Below the pieces are notes generated by a model. It saw only the letters and a program-made list of their open reading frames with translations, did no database searches and was not told the origin of the DNA. Shown here piece after piece: positions 49,791 through 64,000 of a stretch of DNA of 64,000 nt. This DNA comes from Eledone cirrhosa (Eukaryota): contig OZ024751.1 in assembly GCA_964016885.1 (NCBI GenBank), forward strand, positions 52,514,001 to 52,578,000, in the 5' to 3' direction. The first letter of the stretch is position 1. Every line of letters begins with the position of its first letter. Position numbers and translations under genes: made by a program.

Positions 49791-50556
49791 ACTAGATAAA
49801 AACTTCCATCTAGGACACAAGTACCACAACCTCTTAAACAAAAACACCATTAAAATCTCATACTCTACGACGCCTAACTTAGCATACCACATAGCTAGCA
49901 GCAATAATAGTAAAATTAGTTCTTACTTCCAACAAACTAAATCACAACGGGATGCAAACCCTCTAAATACCACTGTAGCAAGCAACCATAGCAACGGCAG
50001 TAACAATAGAAATAACACTAGTATAACTAATAACACCAGGGTTGTCAACCCGAACACCCAAAATCCTATATCTACCACACAGACTTCCGCATTGCATTAT
50101 AACCAGTGGACCAACGCACAGGATAATTGTAACTGTAGAGCTAATAGAACCTGCCCTTTAGATAAAAAATGCCTAACCAAGGATGTCATATACTCATGCA
50201 CCATCACGACTAATAACTCTTCAGAAACCTATGTAGGCTCCACTTCTAACTGCTTCAAAATCAGATATAATTCGCACATCCACTCGTTCAAAAAGCACAG
50301 CCTAGCCAACTCCACCTCACTTTCTAGCTACATACACTATCTAAAATCTAAAAATAAACCATACACACTCAAATGGGAAGTGATAGGCAGCGCGACCTCG
50401 TACAAACCACCTAATAAATTCTGTAACCTCTGTATACTAGAGACACACAATATTATCTTCTCCAACCGTAACCTACTTAACAAAAAATCTGAGATGTTTG
50501 CAACTTGCCAGCACCGCCTCAGACATTCCTTCCAAAACTTTAAGCCCAATATATAG
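49791..50556 (+). pseudogene. PLE linker plus GIY-YIG endonuclease fragment
   Basis: Uninterrupted frame homologous to 20296-20964, lacking the RT. Confidence 0.88.
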
Positions 50557-51994
50557 CAATGTCGGACTGGAACCTATCACCACATCTAGCATCAAACACC
50601 AGAGACACACCTTATACTACATACCCAACACTAACTGATCCATTATAACACAAACAACGACATCCCTCTGGAACCCTTCGCAGGGAGAATACCCATTTAT
50701 ACCTCTACGGCAGGTGTGACAACATCCACCCACTTGAACGGCACTACACCGCTCTAAGGGTAATTTGAGCATGAATTGATCGGTTGGATAGTGTTGTGCA
50801 GAGGAAACACCTTCCTTAGACGGATGTAAAATGATTTATTCGAGTAGCGCTGTTGACCAGTAGGACCGGACTGCTGAGCGCAGTGAGTGAATGCATTGCA
50901 ACTGCCGTGCGGATTGTACGTATATGGATGATCTGACGGTCAGAGAGGGGTCGCGAGGACTGCGGATTGACCTTTGGCCGGCCTGGGGATGATTATCTTT
51001 CGACATCAAATGTAGCAAGCGATGACCCATACCCTACCAGAGATCATTGGGTCCTGAAGCAAGCCTGCAATCACCGCGCCTGGTCATATGAGCAGACTAC
51101 AACCACAGAGATCATTAATTTAGAATCCTCGCTCATCATCTATAATTTCCATTTGTGGCACCTTAAGATGGGTTAATCCACCATAATATTTTGATCACCT
51201 TCAGCATAACTTATTTAAACTACTCTATAGTTAATACACTTTAAAAATCTCTCTTGGAAGATGCGCATCACCATAGAATTTAGGGTCTATATTGGGACAC
51301 ATTTTAATGGCTAGATATAGAAACCCCAGAGTTACCTCCCCGCATGCATTAACTCCCCTTAGCCACACACACACTTCCGGGCGGTATTCAATGGCGTTTC
51401 TAGAAACGTAACAACCTCCTGTATCGAACTAAAGAACACCAGACTACGATCTCTAACTGGATTGTCGTGGATTATGTGAAGGGCATATAATCGAAAAATA
51501 CACTCCCCTGACCATGAAAATGCCGAAGTACATGAAATACTTGACATCCCTGCGCTGTGCATCTCCATTACTTATAACACTTTTAATGCTTGCACTATCT
51601 TTAATGCTTATAATATTTCTCCACACACAGACTATATCAATCATATAAAGAATTTGCCACCAGATCTACCAACCTAACACTCTTATTTACCTACCTAAGT
51701 GCCTCTACCACACATATCTCTCTGCAACACTATATAAACAAGACGCACATGCGTGCCACACATATAACATTTGCACTATATAACCCCTTATCTTCATGTT
51801 GTATTTTAACCTATAATTTTGATTTTTGATTGTACCTATTAATATAAATGTAATCTCGAAGTGTGTACTGCCACTCTAAATTCTGTAATGAATGTTGACC
51901 CCACAATGTTTGAATATGTATCAATGTTTGAATATGTATTGGTATGTCTCTCGGCTGAAAAGGAGGTCATATAACTGTCCATGCATTAATAAAT

Positions 51995-52041
51995 TGCTCC
52001 GAAGAATCCAAACCTCGGTTTGGAGGAAACAGCTGTAAGCA
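51995..52041 (+). ncRNA. Hammerhead-like motif with variant core (CCGAAGA)
   Basis: TGCT-CCGAAGA-aTCCAAACC tc GGTTTGGAg-GAAA-CAGCTG-TA-AGCA. Confidence 0.6.
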
Positions 52042-52084
52042 CAATAATGTTTTGAACAGTTCTTTGATTCTTATATTTCATATA

Positions 52085-52517
<433 letters not shown>

Positions 52518-52764
52518 GTAAGTATGCATGTATACGTACATACATATATGTATACAGACGTACAGTAGCATGCACATATATATATATATATATACATATA
52601 TATATACATATGCATACAGGTACACATACATATATGCACATATCAGTTTAGCGGCGCTTATTATAACGTCGCTTTGTTCGTTTGTAAACAAACTGAACAG
52701 CCTGAATTTATGCCATACGGTGTTAAGGCAACCACGTCACCTTTTTGTTCAACACTGACACAGG

Positions 52765-52809
52765 AACGATGTACTAGTTTCAAGCTTGTTAGCTATCATC
52801 AGCACCGTT
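52765..52809 (-). ncRNA. Minimal type I hammerhead ribozyme motif
   Basis: Minus: AACGGTG-CTGATGA-tAGCT aaca AGCTt-GAAA-CTAG-TA-CATCGTT. Confidence 0.85.
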
Positions 52810-53235
52810 TACCCATCTGCCAGATAGTTGAACGTTCGAAAGTATATACTTTCCTTATGAAAATTAACGGCTGAGCAGCCTAATTTGCATATTGAGTGAG
52901 TTAAATCGGTCAGGCATACCGAAAACGATAAATTGAAACAAAATGAAAACGAAATTTCATTTCTCACTCTTAGTATGGCACTTACTTAAATGTAAGTATG
53001 CATGTATACGTACATACATATATGTATACAGACGTACAGTAGCATGCACATATATATATATATATACATATATATATACATATGCATACAGGTACACATA
53101 CATATATGCACATATCAGTTTAGCGGCGCTTATTATAACGTCGCTTTGTTCGTTTGTAAAAAACTGAACAGCCTGAATTTATGCCATACGGTGTTAAGGC
53201 AACCACGTCACCTTTTTGTTCAACACTGACACAGG

Positions 53236-53280
53236 AACGATGTACTAGTTTCAAGCTTGTTAGCTATCATCAGCACCGTT
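53236..53280 (-). ncRNA. Minimal type I hammerhead ribozyme motif
   Basis: Identical to 52765-52809, 471 bp away. Confidence 0.85.
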
Positions 53281-53690
53281 TACCCATCTGCCAGATAGTT
53301 GAACGTTCGAAAGTATATACTTTCCTTATGAAAATTAACGGCTGAGCAGCCTAATTTGCATATTGAGTGAGTTAAATCGGTCAGGCATACCGAAAACGAT
53401 AAATTGAAACAAAATGAAAACGAAATTTCATTTCTCACTCTTAGTATGGCACTTACTTAAATGTAAGTATGCATGTATACGTACATACATATATGTATAC
53501 AGACGTACAGTAGCATGCACATATATATATATATATACATATATATATACATATGCATACAGGTACACATAAATATATGCACATATCAGTTTAGCGGCGC
53601 TTATTATAACGTCGCTTTGTTCGTTTGTAAACAAACTGAACAGCCTGAATTTATGCCATACGGTGTTAAGGCAACCACGTCACCTTTTTG

Positions 53691-54045
53691 TAGACAGTTT
53701 TATAGATAAATAGATTTGACATACCGTTCAAAACATCGACTTGTATTTGAAAAGTTGATTTGGCAGATCAACTGCCAAATCAACTTTTCAAATACAAGTC
53801 GATGTTGAACGGTATGTCAAATCTATTTATCTATAAAACTGTCTATATTGTATTTTGTCTGAGGAAGGCATAGCATATTGTTAATATGATATCCCTGAAA
53901 TATATATAATGAAATAAATATGGTTTTATAAATATAGTTTCCATTTATTTAATATCGTAAATATACTCCAAATACTTGTCGAGTGCTTTTATATCAGTTA
54001 TAAATATTTACTAGTTGTAACCCAACAATTTAAATATAACTTTCC
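53691..54045. mobile_element. Family A fold-back element
   Basis: About 75-bp inverted arms around a 5-nt loop near 53769, followed by family A sequence. Confidence 0.8.
53852..53915 (+). ncRNA. Type I hammerhead ribozyme motif
   Basis: ATTTTGT-CTGAGGA-AGGCATAGCATATT gtt AATATGATATCCCT-GAAA-TATATA-TA-ATGAAAT. Confidence 0.78.
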
Positions 54046-54058
54046 ATATATATATATT

Positions 54059-54124
<66 letters not shown>

Positions 54125-54141
54125 CATATATATATGTATAT

Positions 54142-54604
<463 letters not shown>

Positions 54605-54636
54605 CATACATATATATATATATATATACATATATA

Positions 54637-55019
54637 TTGGCATTGGGAGCTGGACCAACCGTCGAACAGGACGTCACTGTGTGGTGCCAAAGGTCCCGTC
54701 TTCCACATCTAGAATAAGGAGCAGGTATTGCAATAGCCTGGGATTCAAGGGCCCTCAACTCTTCAACAGGCTGCCGAGGCATCTGCGAGACTTGCATGTC
54801 GTGGAGGTGGATGTCTTTAAGAAACATCTCGACACCTTATTATCCAGGATCCCAGATGAGCCCACAGCAAGACACGAGGGAAACCTAGGGGCAGCAGCAA
54901 CAAACTCCCTCCTACACCAGTGGCCAACCTATACAGGCTGGAGATGAAATGTGTAGCAACAAGGGTGGTGCCCCAGCATGGCCTCAGCCGGATGGCTGAA
55001 ACAGGTAAAAAAAAAAAAA
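54637..55019 (+). mobile_element. 3' fragment of CR1 family A
   Basis: Matches the 3' end of 43587-47963; ends in a poly(A) run rather than (GTAAAAGA)n. Confidence 0.92.
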
Positions 55020-55026
55020 TATATAT

Positions 55027-55458
55027 ACTGGTTTGAAAGAGCGGTTGCCGGTCCGGCAACCGCTCTTTCAAACCAGTTCCTGTACACAGCTAAGTATTCT
55101 ATAAGTCTCTAGCTGTGTCATTCTCGATAAAAGCACTGGATATGTGGTCCTGAAGATTTCTAACAAGAATGAAACGCGTAGATTACTTCCCTTGCTTTTG
55201 TCGAGAATCTAATTGTAATACGTGACGTATTCTATTCTATAGCGATTAGGTCTTCAAAATGTTTATTATAAACATACAGAATATTTTCGAATATTCTATG
55301 TCTATATTCACATATATATCGCTATTTCAGAGCATTTATTCCAATTTCTAATTTCTGCCGGACCGGCAACCGCTCTTTCAAACCAGTTCCTGTACACAGC
55401 TAAGTATTCTAGTCATTCTCGATAAAACCACTGGATATGTGGTCCTGAAGATTTCTAA
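55027..55458 (+). mobile_element. Non-coding element: 25-bp fold-back, 310-bp unit, partial second unit
   Basis: 55027-55051 is inverted at 55053-55077; sequence from 55048 repeats from 55358 and ends inside the second hammerhead. Confidence 0.8.
55144..55186 (+). ncRNA. Minimal type I hammerhead ribozyme motif
   Basis: GTGGTC-CTGAAGA-tTTCT aaca AGAAt-GAAA-CGCG-TA-GATTAC. Confidence 0.8.
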
Positions 55459-55470
55459 TATATATATATG

Positions 55471-55521
<51 letters not shown>

Positions 55522-55526
55522 TATAC

Positions 55527-55557
<31 letters not shown>

Positions 55558-55564
55558 CATATAC

Positions 55565-55685
<121 letters not shown>

Positions 55686-55746
55686 GTATATGTATATATA
55701 TATGTATATATATATATATATGTATATATATATGTATATATATATG

Positions 55747-55777
<31 letters not shown>

Positions 55778-55951
55778 GTCATATATATATATGTATATAT
55801 ATATATGTATTATATTTCATATATTTCATATATATATATGTATATATATATATGTATGTATATATATATGTATGTATATATATATGTATATATATATATA
55901 TGTATATATAATATGTATATGTATATATATATATATGTATATATATATATG

Positions 55952-55982
<31 letters not shown>

Positions 55983-56155
55983 GTTATATATATATATATA
56001 TGTATATGTATATATATATAATTAAGTTAACGAAACGAAATTTAATTTCGTTTCGTTATTTGTTTTTATATATATATATATGTATATGTATATATATATA
56101 TGTATATGTATATATATATGTATATATATATAGTATATATAAATATATGTATATG

Positions 56156-56189
<34 letters not shown>

Positions 56190-56220
56190 TATGTGTATAT
56201 GTATATATATGTATATGTAT

Positions 56221-56253
<33 letters not shown>

Positions 56254-56279
56254 CGTATATGTATATATATATGTATATG

Positions 56280-56328
<49 letters not shown>

Positions 56329-56335
56329 GTATATG

Positions 56336-56451
<116 letters not shown>

Positions 56452-56539
56452 TATGTATATACATATATATATATATGTATATACATATATATATATATAT
56501 ATATACATATATTTATATACATATATATATATATATATG

Positions 56540-56597
<58 letters not shown>

Positions 56598-56604
56598 CAT
56601 ATAT

Positions 56605-57094
56605 AACTTTGAAAATAACTTTGAAATGTTTTGGCCAGTATTGGCCCAGGCCATGTCTAACTTAATAGCACCACCTGGCGAAGTCTTTCAATTCAGGATT
56701 TGGGCACCATGGCCCATTCGAGAAGAGAATTACTGTTTGCGGAGACATATCCGGGTGTGGGTGGTTTGTCCGGGATTACTTGGAGGAATTTGTCCAAAGA
56801 CTTCTTGAATTTTGTGTGGTCAGTTTCTGTTTTGACGTGTCCTGGTGTGATGTTGAAGAGAGCAGGGCCGATTGAGGTGAAATAATTGTGCCGTATTGTT
56901 GTTATGAGTTGCGATTTAGATTTTTGAATGGGACGGATAGCACGGGGCCCAAGCCTTGGGTGTATCTTGAAGGCGATGCCAACATCATTTGGGCAGTGAT
57001 GATGGAACATTTTCCACATCATGCAGATAATATAACGCTCACGGCGACGTTGGAGTGAGTAAAGTTTCAGGTTTTCTAATCGACCCCAGTAGTC
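56605..57094 (-). mobile_element. 3' fragment of CR1 family B
   Basis: Matches 33948-34435; intact C-terminus PDKPPTPGY...NSLLEW. Confidence 0.92.
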
Positions 57095-57539
57095 GTATAT
57101 ATATATATATATGTATATACATATATGTATATATATATATGTATATACATATATCTATATATATATGTATATACATATATGTATATATATATGTATATAC
57201 ATATATGTATATATATATGTATATACATATATGTATATATATATGTATATACATATATGTATATACATATGTATATATATGTATATACATATGTATATAT
57301 ATATGTATATACATATGTATATATATGTATATACATATGTATATATATGTATATACATATGTATATACATATGTATATATATGTATATACATATGTATAT
57401 ACATATGTATATATATGTATATACATATGTATATAGATGTATATACATATGTATATAGATGTATATACATATGTATATATATGTATATACATATGTATAT
57501 ATATATATATACATATGTATATATATATATATACATATG

Positions 57540-57573
<34 letters not shown>

Positions 57574-57797
57574 CATATGTATATATATATATATATACAT
57601 ATGTATATATATATATATACATATGTATATATATATATATACATATGTATATATATATATACATATGTATATATATATATACATAGGTATATATATATAT
57701 ACCTATGTATATATATATATACATATGTATATATATATATATACATATGTATATATATATATACATATGTATATATATATATAATATATATATATAC

Positions 57798-57937
<140 letters not shown>

Positions 57938-58078
57938 GTTAAAAATGTACATCTACATATGCATACTGAAATACTAGTGTGTATATGAATACACACACGT
58001 ATACATATGTAGGTGTAACAAGTCTTTCACTGGTTGCTTTACTGGTTGCTTTACATATATATATATATATATACATAT

Positions 58079-58797
58079 ACTCTTTTACTCTTTTACCTGT
58101 TTCAGCCATCCGGCTGAGGCCATGCTGGGGCACCGCCCTTGTTGCTACACATTTTATCTCCAGCCTGTATAGGTTGGCCACTGGTGTAGGAGGGAGTTTG
58201 TTGCTGCTGCCCTTAGGTTTCCCTCGTGTCTTGCTGTGGGCTCATCCGGGATCCTGGATAACAAGGTGTCGAGATGTTTCTTAAAGACATCCACCTCCAC
58301 GTCATGCAAGTCTCTCAGATGCCTCGGCAGCCTGTTGAAGAGTTGAGGGCCCTTGAATCCCAGGCTATTGCAATACCTGCTCCTTATTCTAGATGTGGAA
58401 GACGGGACCTTTGGCACCACACAGTGACGTCCTGTTCGACGGTTGGTCCAGCTCCCAATGCCAAAGTTTGGTGCTAGTCCCTCCAGGATTTTCCACATGT
58501 AGATCACTGCGTATCTCTCCCGTCTTCGCTCCAAGGAGTAGACGTTCAGTTCCTTCAGCCTCTCCCAGTAGCTTGTCTCCCTCATCTTGGCAATCCTCTT
58601 GGTGTAGCTTCGCTGGATTGCCTCAAGCTCTGTGGTTAGTTTGACACTATGGGGTGACCACAGCTGGGAGCAGTAGTCCAGGCGGCTTAGGACAAAAGTC
58701 CTCCACAGTGTCAACATGGTGTCTCGATCTCTTGTAAGGAAAGTCCTCAAGATCCAGCCAGCGAATCGTCTACATGCTGTCGCCACCTTCATGATGT
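58079..58797 (-). mobile_element. 3' fragment of CR1 family A
   Basis: Matches 43587-44305 with an uninterrupted reading frame. Confidence 0.92.
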
Positions 58798-58804
58798 GTA
58801 TATA

Positions 58805-58837
<33 letters not shown>

Positions 58838-58930
58838 ATACATATATATATATATATGTATATACATATATATATATATGTATATACATATATATATATA
58901 TGTATATACATATATATATGTATATACATA

Positions 58931-59008
<78 letters not shown>

Positions 59009-59043
59009 AATATATATATACATATATATATACATATATATAT

Positions 59044-59111
<68 letters not shown>

Positions 59112-59112
59112 G

Positions 59113-59175
<63 letters not shown>

Positions 59176-59176
59176 G

Positions 59177-59223
<47 letters not shown>

Positions 59224-59231
59224 GTATATAT

Positions 59232-59282
<51 letters not shown>

Positions 59283-59343
59283 GTATATATATATATGTAT
59301 ATACATATATATATATATATGTATATACATATATATATATATA

Positions 59344-59424
<81 letters not shown>

Positions 59425-59453
59425 GTATATATATATATGTATATATATATATG

Positions 59454-59509
<56 letters not shown>

Positions 59510-59527
59510 CATATATATATATATATA

Positions 59528-59585
<58 letters not shown>

Positions 59586-59589
59586 TGTA

Positions 59590-59680
<91 letters not shown>

Positions 59681-59699
59681 ATATATATATATATACATA

Positions 59700-59794
<95 letters not shown>

Positions 59795-59802
59795 GTATAT
59801 AC

Positions 59803-59834
<32 letters not shown>

Positions 59835-59908
59835 GTATATACATATATATATATGTATATACATATATATATATATGTATATACATATATATATATATAT
59901 GTATATAC

Positions 59909-59945
<37 letters not shown>

Positions 59946-60017
59946 TGTATATACATATATATATATATATGTATATACATATATATATATATATGTATAT
60001 ACATATATATATATATG

Positions 60018-60051
<34 letters not shown>

Positions 60052-60115
60052 CATATATATATATATATATATATGTATATACATATATATATATATATGT
60101 ATATACATATATATG

Positions 60116-60146
<31 letters not shown>

Positions 60147-61060
60147 GTATATACATATATATGTATATATATATATATGTATATACATATATATGTATAT
60201 ACATATATATATATATATGTATATACATATATATATTTATATGTATATACATATATATATATATATGTATATACATATATATATTTATATGTATATACAT
60301 ATATATATATATGTATATACACATATATATATATGTATATACATATATATATATATATGTATATACATATATATATATATGTATATACATATATATATAT
60401 ATATGTATATACATATATATATATATATGTATATACATATATATATATATGTATATACATATATATATATATGTATATACATATATATATATATGTATAT
60501 ACATATATATATATATGTATATACATATATATATATATGTATATACATATACATATACATATATATATACGGATATGTCTCCGCAAACAGTAATTCTCTT
60601 CTCGAATGGCCATGGTGCCCAAATCCTGAATTGAAAGACTTCGCCAGGTGGTGCTATTAAGTTAGACATGGCCTGGGCCAATACTGGCCAAAACATTTCA
60701 AAGTTACATATATATATACATATACATATATATACATATACATATATATACACATATACATATACATATACATATATATACACATATACATACACATATA
60801 TATATACATATATATACACATATACATACACATATATATACACATATACATACACATATATATACACATATACATACGCATATATATACACATATACATA
60901 CACATATACATACACATATATATATACATATATATACACATATACATACACATATATATATACATATATATACACATATACATATACACATATATATACA
61001 TATATATATACATATATATATAACATATATATATACATATATATATACATATATATATAC

Positions 61061-61091
<31 letters not shown>

Positions 61092-61510
61092 CATATATAT
61101 ACATATATATATATACATATATACACATATATATATACACATATATACATATATATATACATATATACATATACATATATATATATACATATATATACAT
61201 ATATACATATACACATATATATATACATATATATACATATATACATATACACACACATATATATATATATATACATATATACATATACACATATATATAT
61301 ATACATATACACATATATATATATATACATATATACATATATACATATGTACATATGTACATATATATATATGTACATATGTACATATGTACATATACAC
61401 ATATATACATATGTACATATATATATAAATATATATATACACATATGTACATATATATATATATACATATGTACATATATATATATATATATATACATAT
61501 ATGTATATAT
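58798..61510. repeat. Interrupted (TA)n arrays with TATGTATATACA and TACACA variants
   Basis: TA repeats surrounding the short LINE fragment at 60570. Confidence 0.97.
60570..60706 (+). mobile_element. Short 3' fragment of CR1 family B
   Basis: Reverse complement of about 33957-34094. Confidence 0.9.
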
Positions 61511-61586
61511 GTGTAGACATTCACTACGTGTTTTTTTGTTTATATCTGTCTTTATTGTTATATATAAATATATATGTTTGTGTATG

Positions 61587-61634
<48 letters not shown>

Positions 61635-61950
61635 TGTGTATGTATATATATATATATGTTTGAGTATATATATACGCGTGTTACTTGATGTATATTTTCT
61701 TTTATACATATTTCAGAGACATTTTTCTGTATATATGTCTGAAGGTCTGCCTGCCTACCTGGAAGTCTGTCTGTCTTTGATACTAGACGTATTGCACACC
61801 GGCTCTTCGATTTGGAATCTTTACTTGGATTATTTGTGAGAGTATTATTTAAATTGTTTTTCTATTATTGACTCTTACCGTTAGTCTGGGACTGTAGACG
61901 TAGGGTAAATATATTTTCACCCCATTTGGGTGAAAAATATTTAATTCAAA

Positions 61951-63719
61951 ATGTTCATCGATATCGTTGAAAACGAGGAAGCCATATTGGAAGCTAACGC
62001 CACGCCTACCAAAAAAAGCGAGAAAGAGGGAACAACAATTCAAACTGTTGAACAGCCCCTCCTCTCGAATGTAAAAAAGAATATTAATTCGAATGAAAAC
62101 CTAAATTTTGAAGAAAAAAATAACAAGAAAATAAACACCACAAAAGATGAAACCAACAACATTGCAACAACAAGCAACAAAGACAACAAAATTTCTTTTG
62201 CCCAAACGGTCAGGAAAGCTATCGAGTACAAGCCAATAGACATCAAAAACGCTAAGCAGAACTTGCTAAATGCCAGAAAATACATATCTTTTGGGGAGGA
62301 TGGTTCTTTTACGATCAACTCCCCAGAAGAAGTTCGCCAACAGGTATATAGGAATACCATAACCTTCAGGACGATATCCAACACAACAAGAAAGCCAGCT
62401 TAATTGACAGAAAGTCAAATTGAGCTGGTGCTGAAAGACATTAAAGAAAACATACTCTTTATTGAAAGAGGAAAGCTGTATGCCAGCATTATGGTCCGAA
62501 TGAAGGACGAAATGCTGGCTCAAAAATGCTCGGTGGCACCTATAGTGTTACCACAATACACCTTCTTCCCCACGTATAAAGGAAGCAGAACTCAGAGACT
62601 AAGAATGTGGAGTCCAACGCCAGAAGTTAACATCTGGTCCGTCCTGACAGGATTTACGGACCTAGAAAAGGACATCCTTATATCAGCAGGGGAGTCCACC
62701 AGTGGACTGTTCGGGGGGGAAAAGTCTGGAGGTTCTCTTACAGATGACACCTGAGAGAATCGCCGGAATACCCGACCGAGGCCTACTGGATGGGCGAACC
62801 TTTATCAATATTACGGTGGAAGGCAGGAGACCCTCATGTTACCACTGCGTTGGCAGAAGTCACCCGAGGACGGCCTGCCCTCTACTAACAACAAAAAAAC
62901 CACTGCTACAAACACCACAACAACAACAAAAACAACCAGCACCACCACCACAAAAACAACAAAATACACTACCATCACCACCACAACGACAACAAAAACC
63001 AACACCACCACCTCCACCTCCACCACCACCACAACAACAACAACATCAACTACAGCTCAAGAAAACAACCCAAAACACGGTCCCACCCAGCCCCTCCCCA
63101 CAGAACACAAATACAAAAACACACGCAGTTCATACACAACCCGGAAATATACCCCTCCCCTCCAATACGGAAGAGGAACTCATATCGTCGGAAGACGAGG
63201 GGGCTCCTTTCCAAAAAGTGAAAAGAAAAAAACGTACACACACCACACAAACAAAAATAGCCCCACCTGACAACACAACACAGACAACAAAACGCAAGCT
63301 CACTCAAGAACAACAAACAAAAACAAACACAACACAAAAACTCTACACATACATAAACGAAAACAATAAAAACCTAACAGACAAAATAGAAAACAGCCCT
63401 TTGGTACAAACCGAAGGGCCGAATTTTGCAACGGCAATGGGACTCCCTAACCTGTATGGTGAAAGTCCCACTTGACATTTTCAAAACTTTAAAAAACATT
63501 TACCCTGAGGACGTTGGGCCACCCTGCACCAGGCCACTCAACCGCGTCTTCCTGAAAGGTTTTCCCTTCCCCTCCTCAAACACCCACACAACTCCAAACA
63601 CCCCAACCCCTCCACACACTAATACCCCCACACCACCCCAAACCACCACCCCACCCAACAACCCCTCCACCAGCCCCATGGAAACTGAGCAGCCCGGACC
63701 CCGGGACGCAGAGAGGTAA
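61951..63719 (+). pseudogene. Tx1/L1-like LINE ORF1 (gag-like, CCHC knuckle), disrupted
   Basis: SFAQTVRK, EGRRPSCYHCVGRSHPRTAC, Pro/Gln-rich tail; stop at 62401 and frameshifts near 62715 and 63450. Confidence 0.75.
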
Positions 63720-63742
63720 GTGCCTCTTTCTTTGCCACCAGC

Positions 63743-64000
63743 ATGGCTGTGTTAAGAGTAGGTTGTCTAAATGCGCGTGGCCTGGGCTCACCTTGGAAGC
63801 AAGCTAAACTTCTAAATGACCTCGGGTCACAATGTATAAATGTGATGGTTATTTGCGAGGCCCGGATCAGCAGCGTGCGACATCTATGCCCCCACCTTTG
63901 ATGACTTTGAGATGCACGCATTTCTCTGTCAGCCCGGAGGTGGGGGTGGGGTTGTCGTTCTGCTGCAAAAACATCTGGGTCTCGCTACACAGACGGTACA
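63743..64000 (+). pseudogene. Tx1/L1-like ORF2 start (APE endonuclease), runs off the window
   Basis: MAVLRVGCLNARGLGSPWKQAKLLNDL...VMVICEAR, then a frameshift near 63890 to GGGVVVLLQK. Confidence 0.8.

Larger units (their letters stand above)
49791..52080 (+). mobile_element. 5'-truncated Naiad-type PLE with long 3' region
   Basis: LDKNFH...[14 protein letters not shown] (CxCx5C), VIY...YVGST, CNLC, CQH; stop at 50556; hammerhead-like motif near the 3' end. Continuity of the 3' region with the ORF is inferred. Confidence 0.8.

Noticed and set aside
50891-50992. 33-aa ORF containing CNC and YMDD
   Set aside because: Too short and no other RT motifs around it; likely chance.

Overview
AT-rich, repeat-saturated animal genomic DNA with no recognisable host gene. 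The SINE families and multi-kb (TA)n tracts suggest a coleoid cephalopod such as Octopus (inference). Much of the window is interrupted (TA)n microsatellite with one 200-N gap, which explains almost all long ORFs in the track. Embedded transposons: a decayed IR/DR-type Tc1 (DD34E), two Naiad-type Penelope-like elements (PLEs), a nearly intact 5'-truncated R4/Dong element, one near full-length and five truncated CR1-group LINE copies (two families), two Tx1/L1-like LINEs, RTE remnants and tRNA-derived SINEs. The main signal absent from the ORF track is about 16 type I hammerhead ribozyme motifs read by eye, in several unrelated sequence families. They sit in short non-coding elements with fold-back or tandem architecture inserted in (TA)n. 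Highlights: a 471-bp tandem repeat with one hammerhead per unit (retrozyme-like or tandem pLTR), a 180-bp-arm palindrome with two hammerheads, and a 390-bp segment with different hammerheads on opposite strands. The long CR1 copy also has a candidate -1 ribosomal frameshift site (U UUU UUA) joining ORF1 to an ATG-less ORF2. All calls were made by eye without database searches or folding software.
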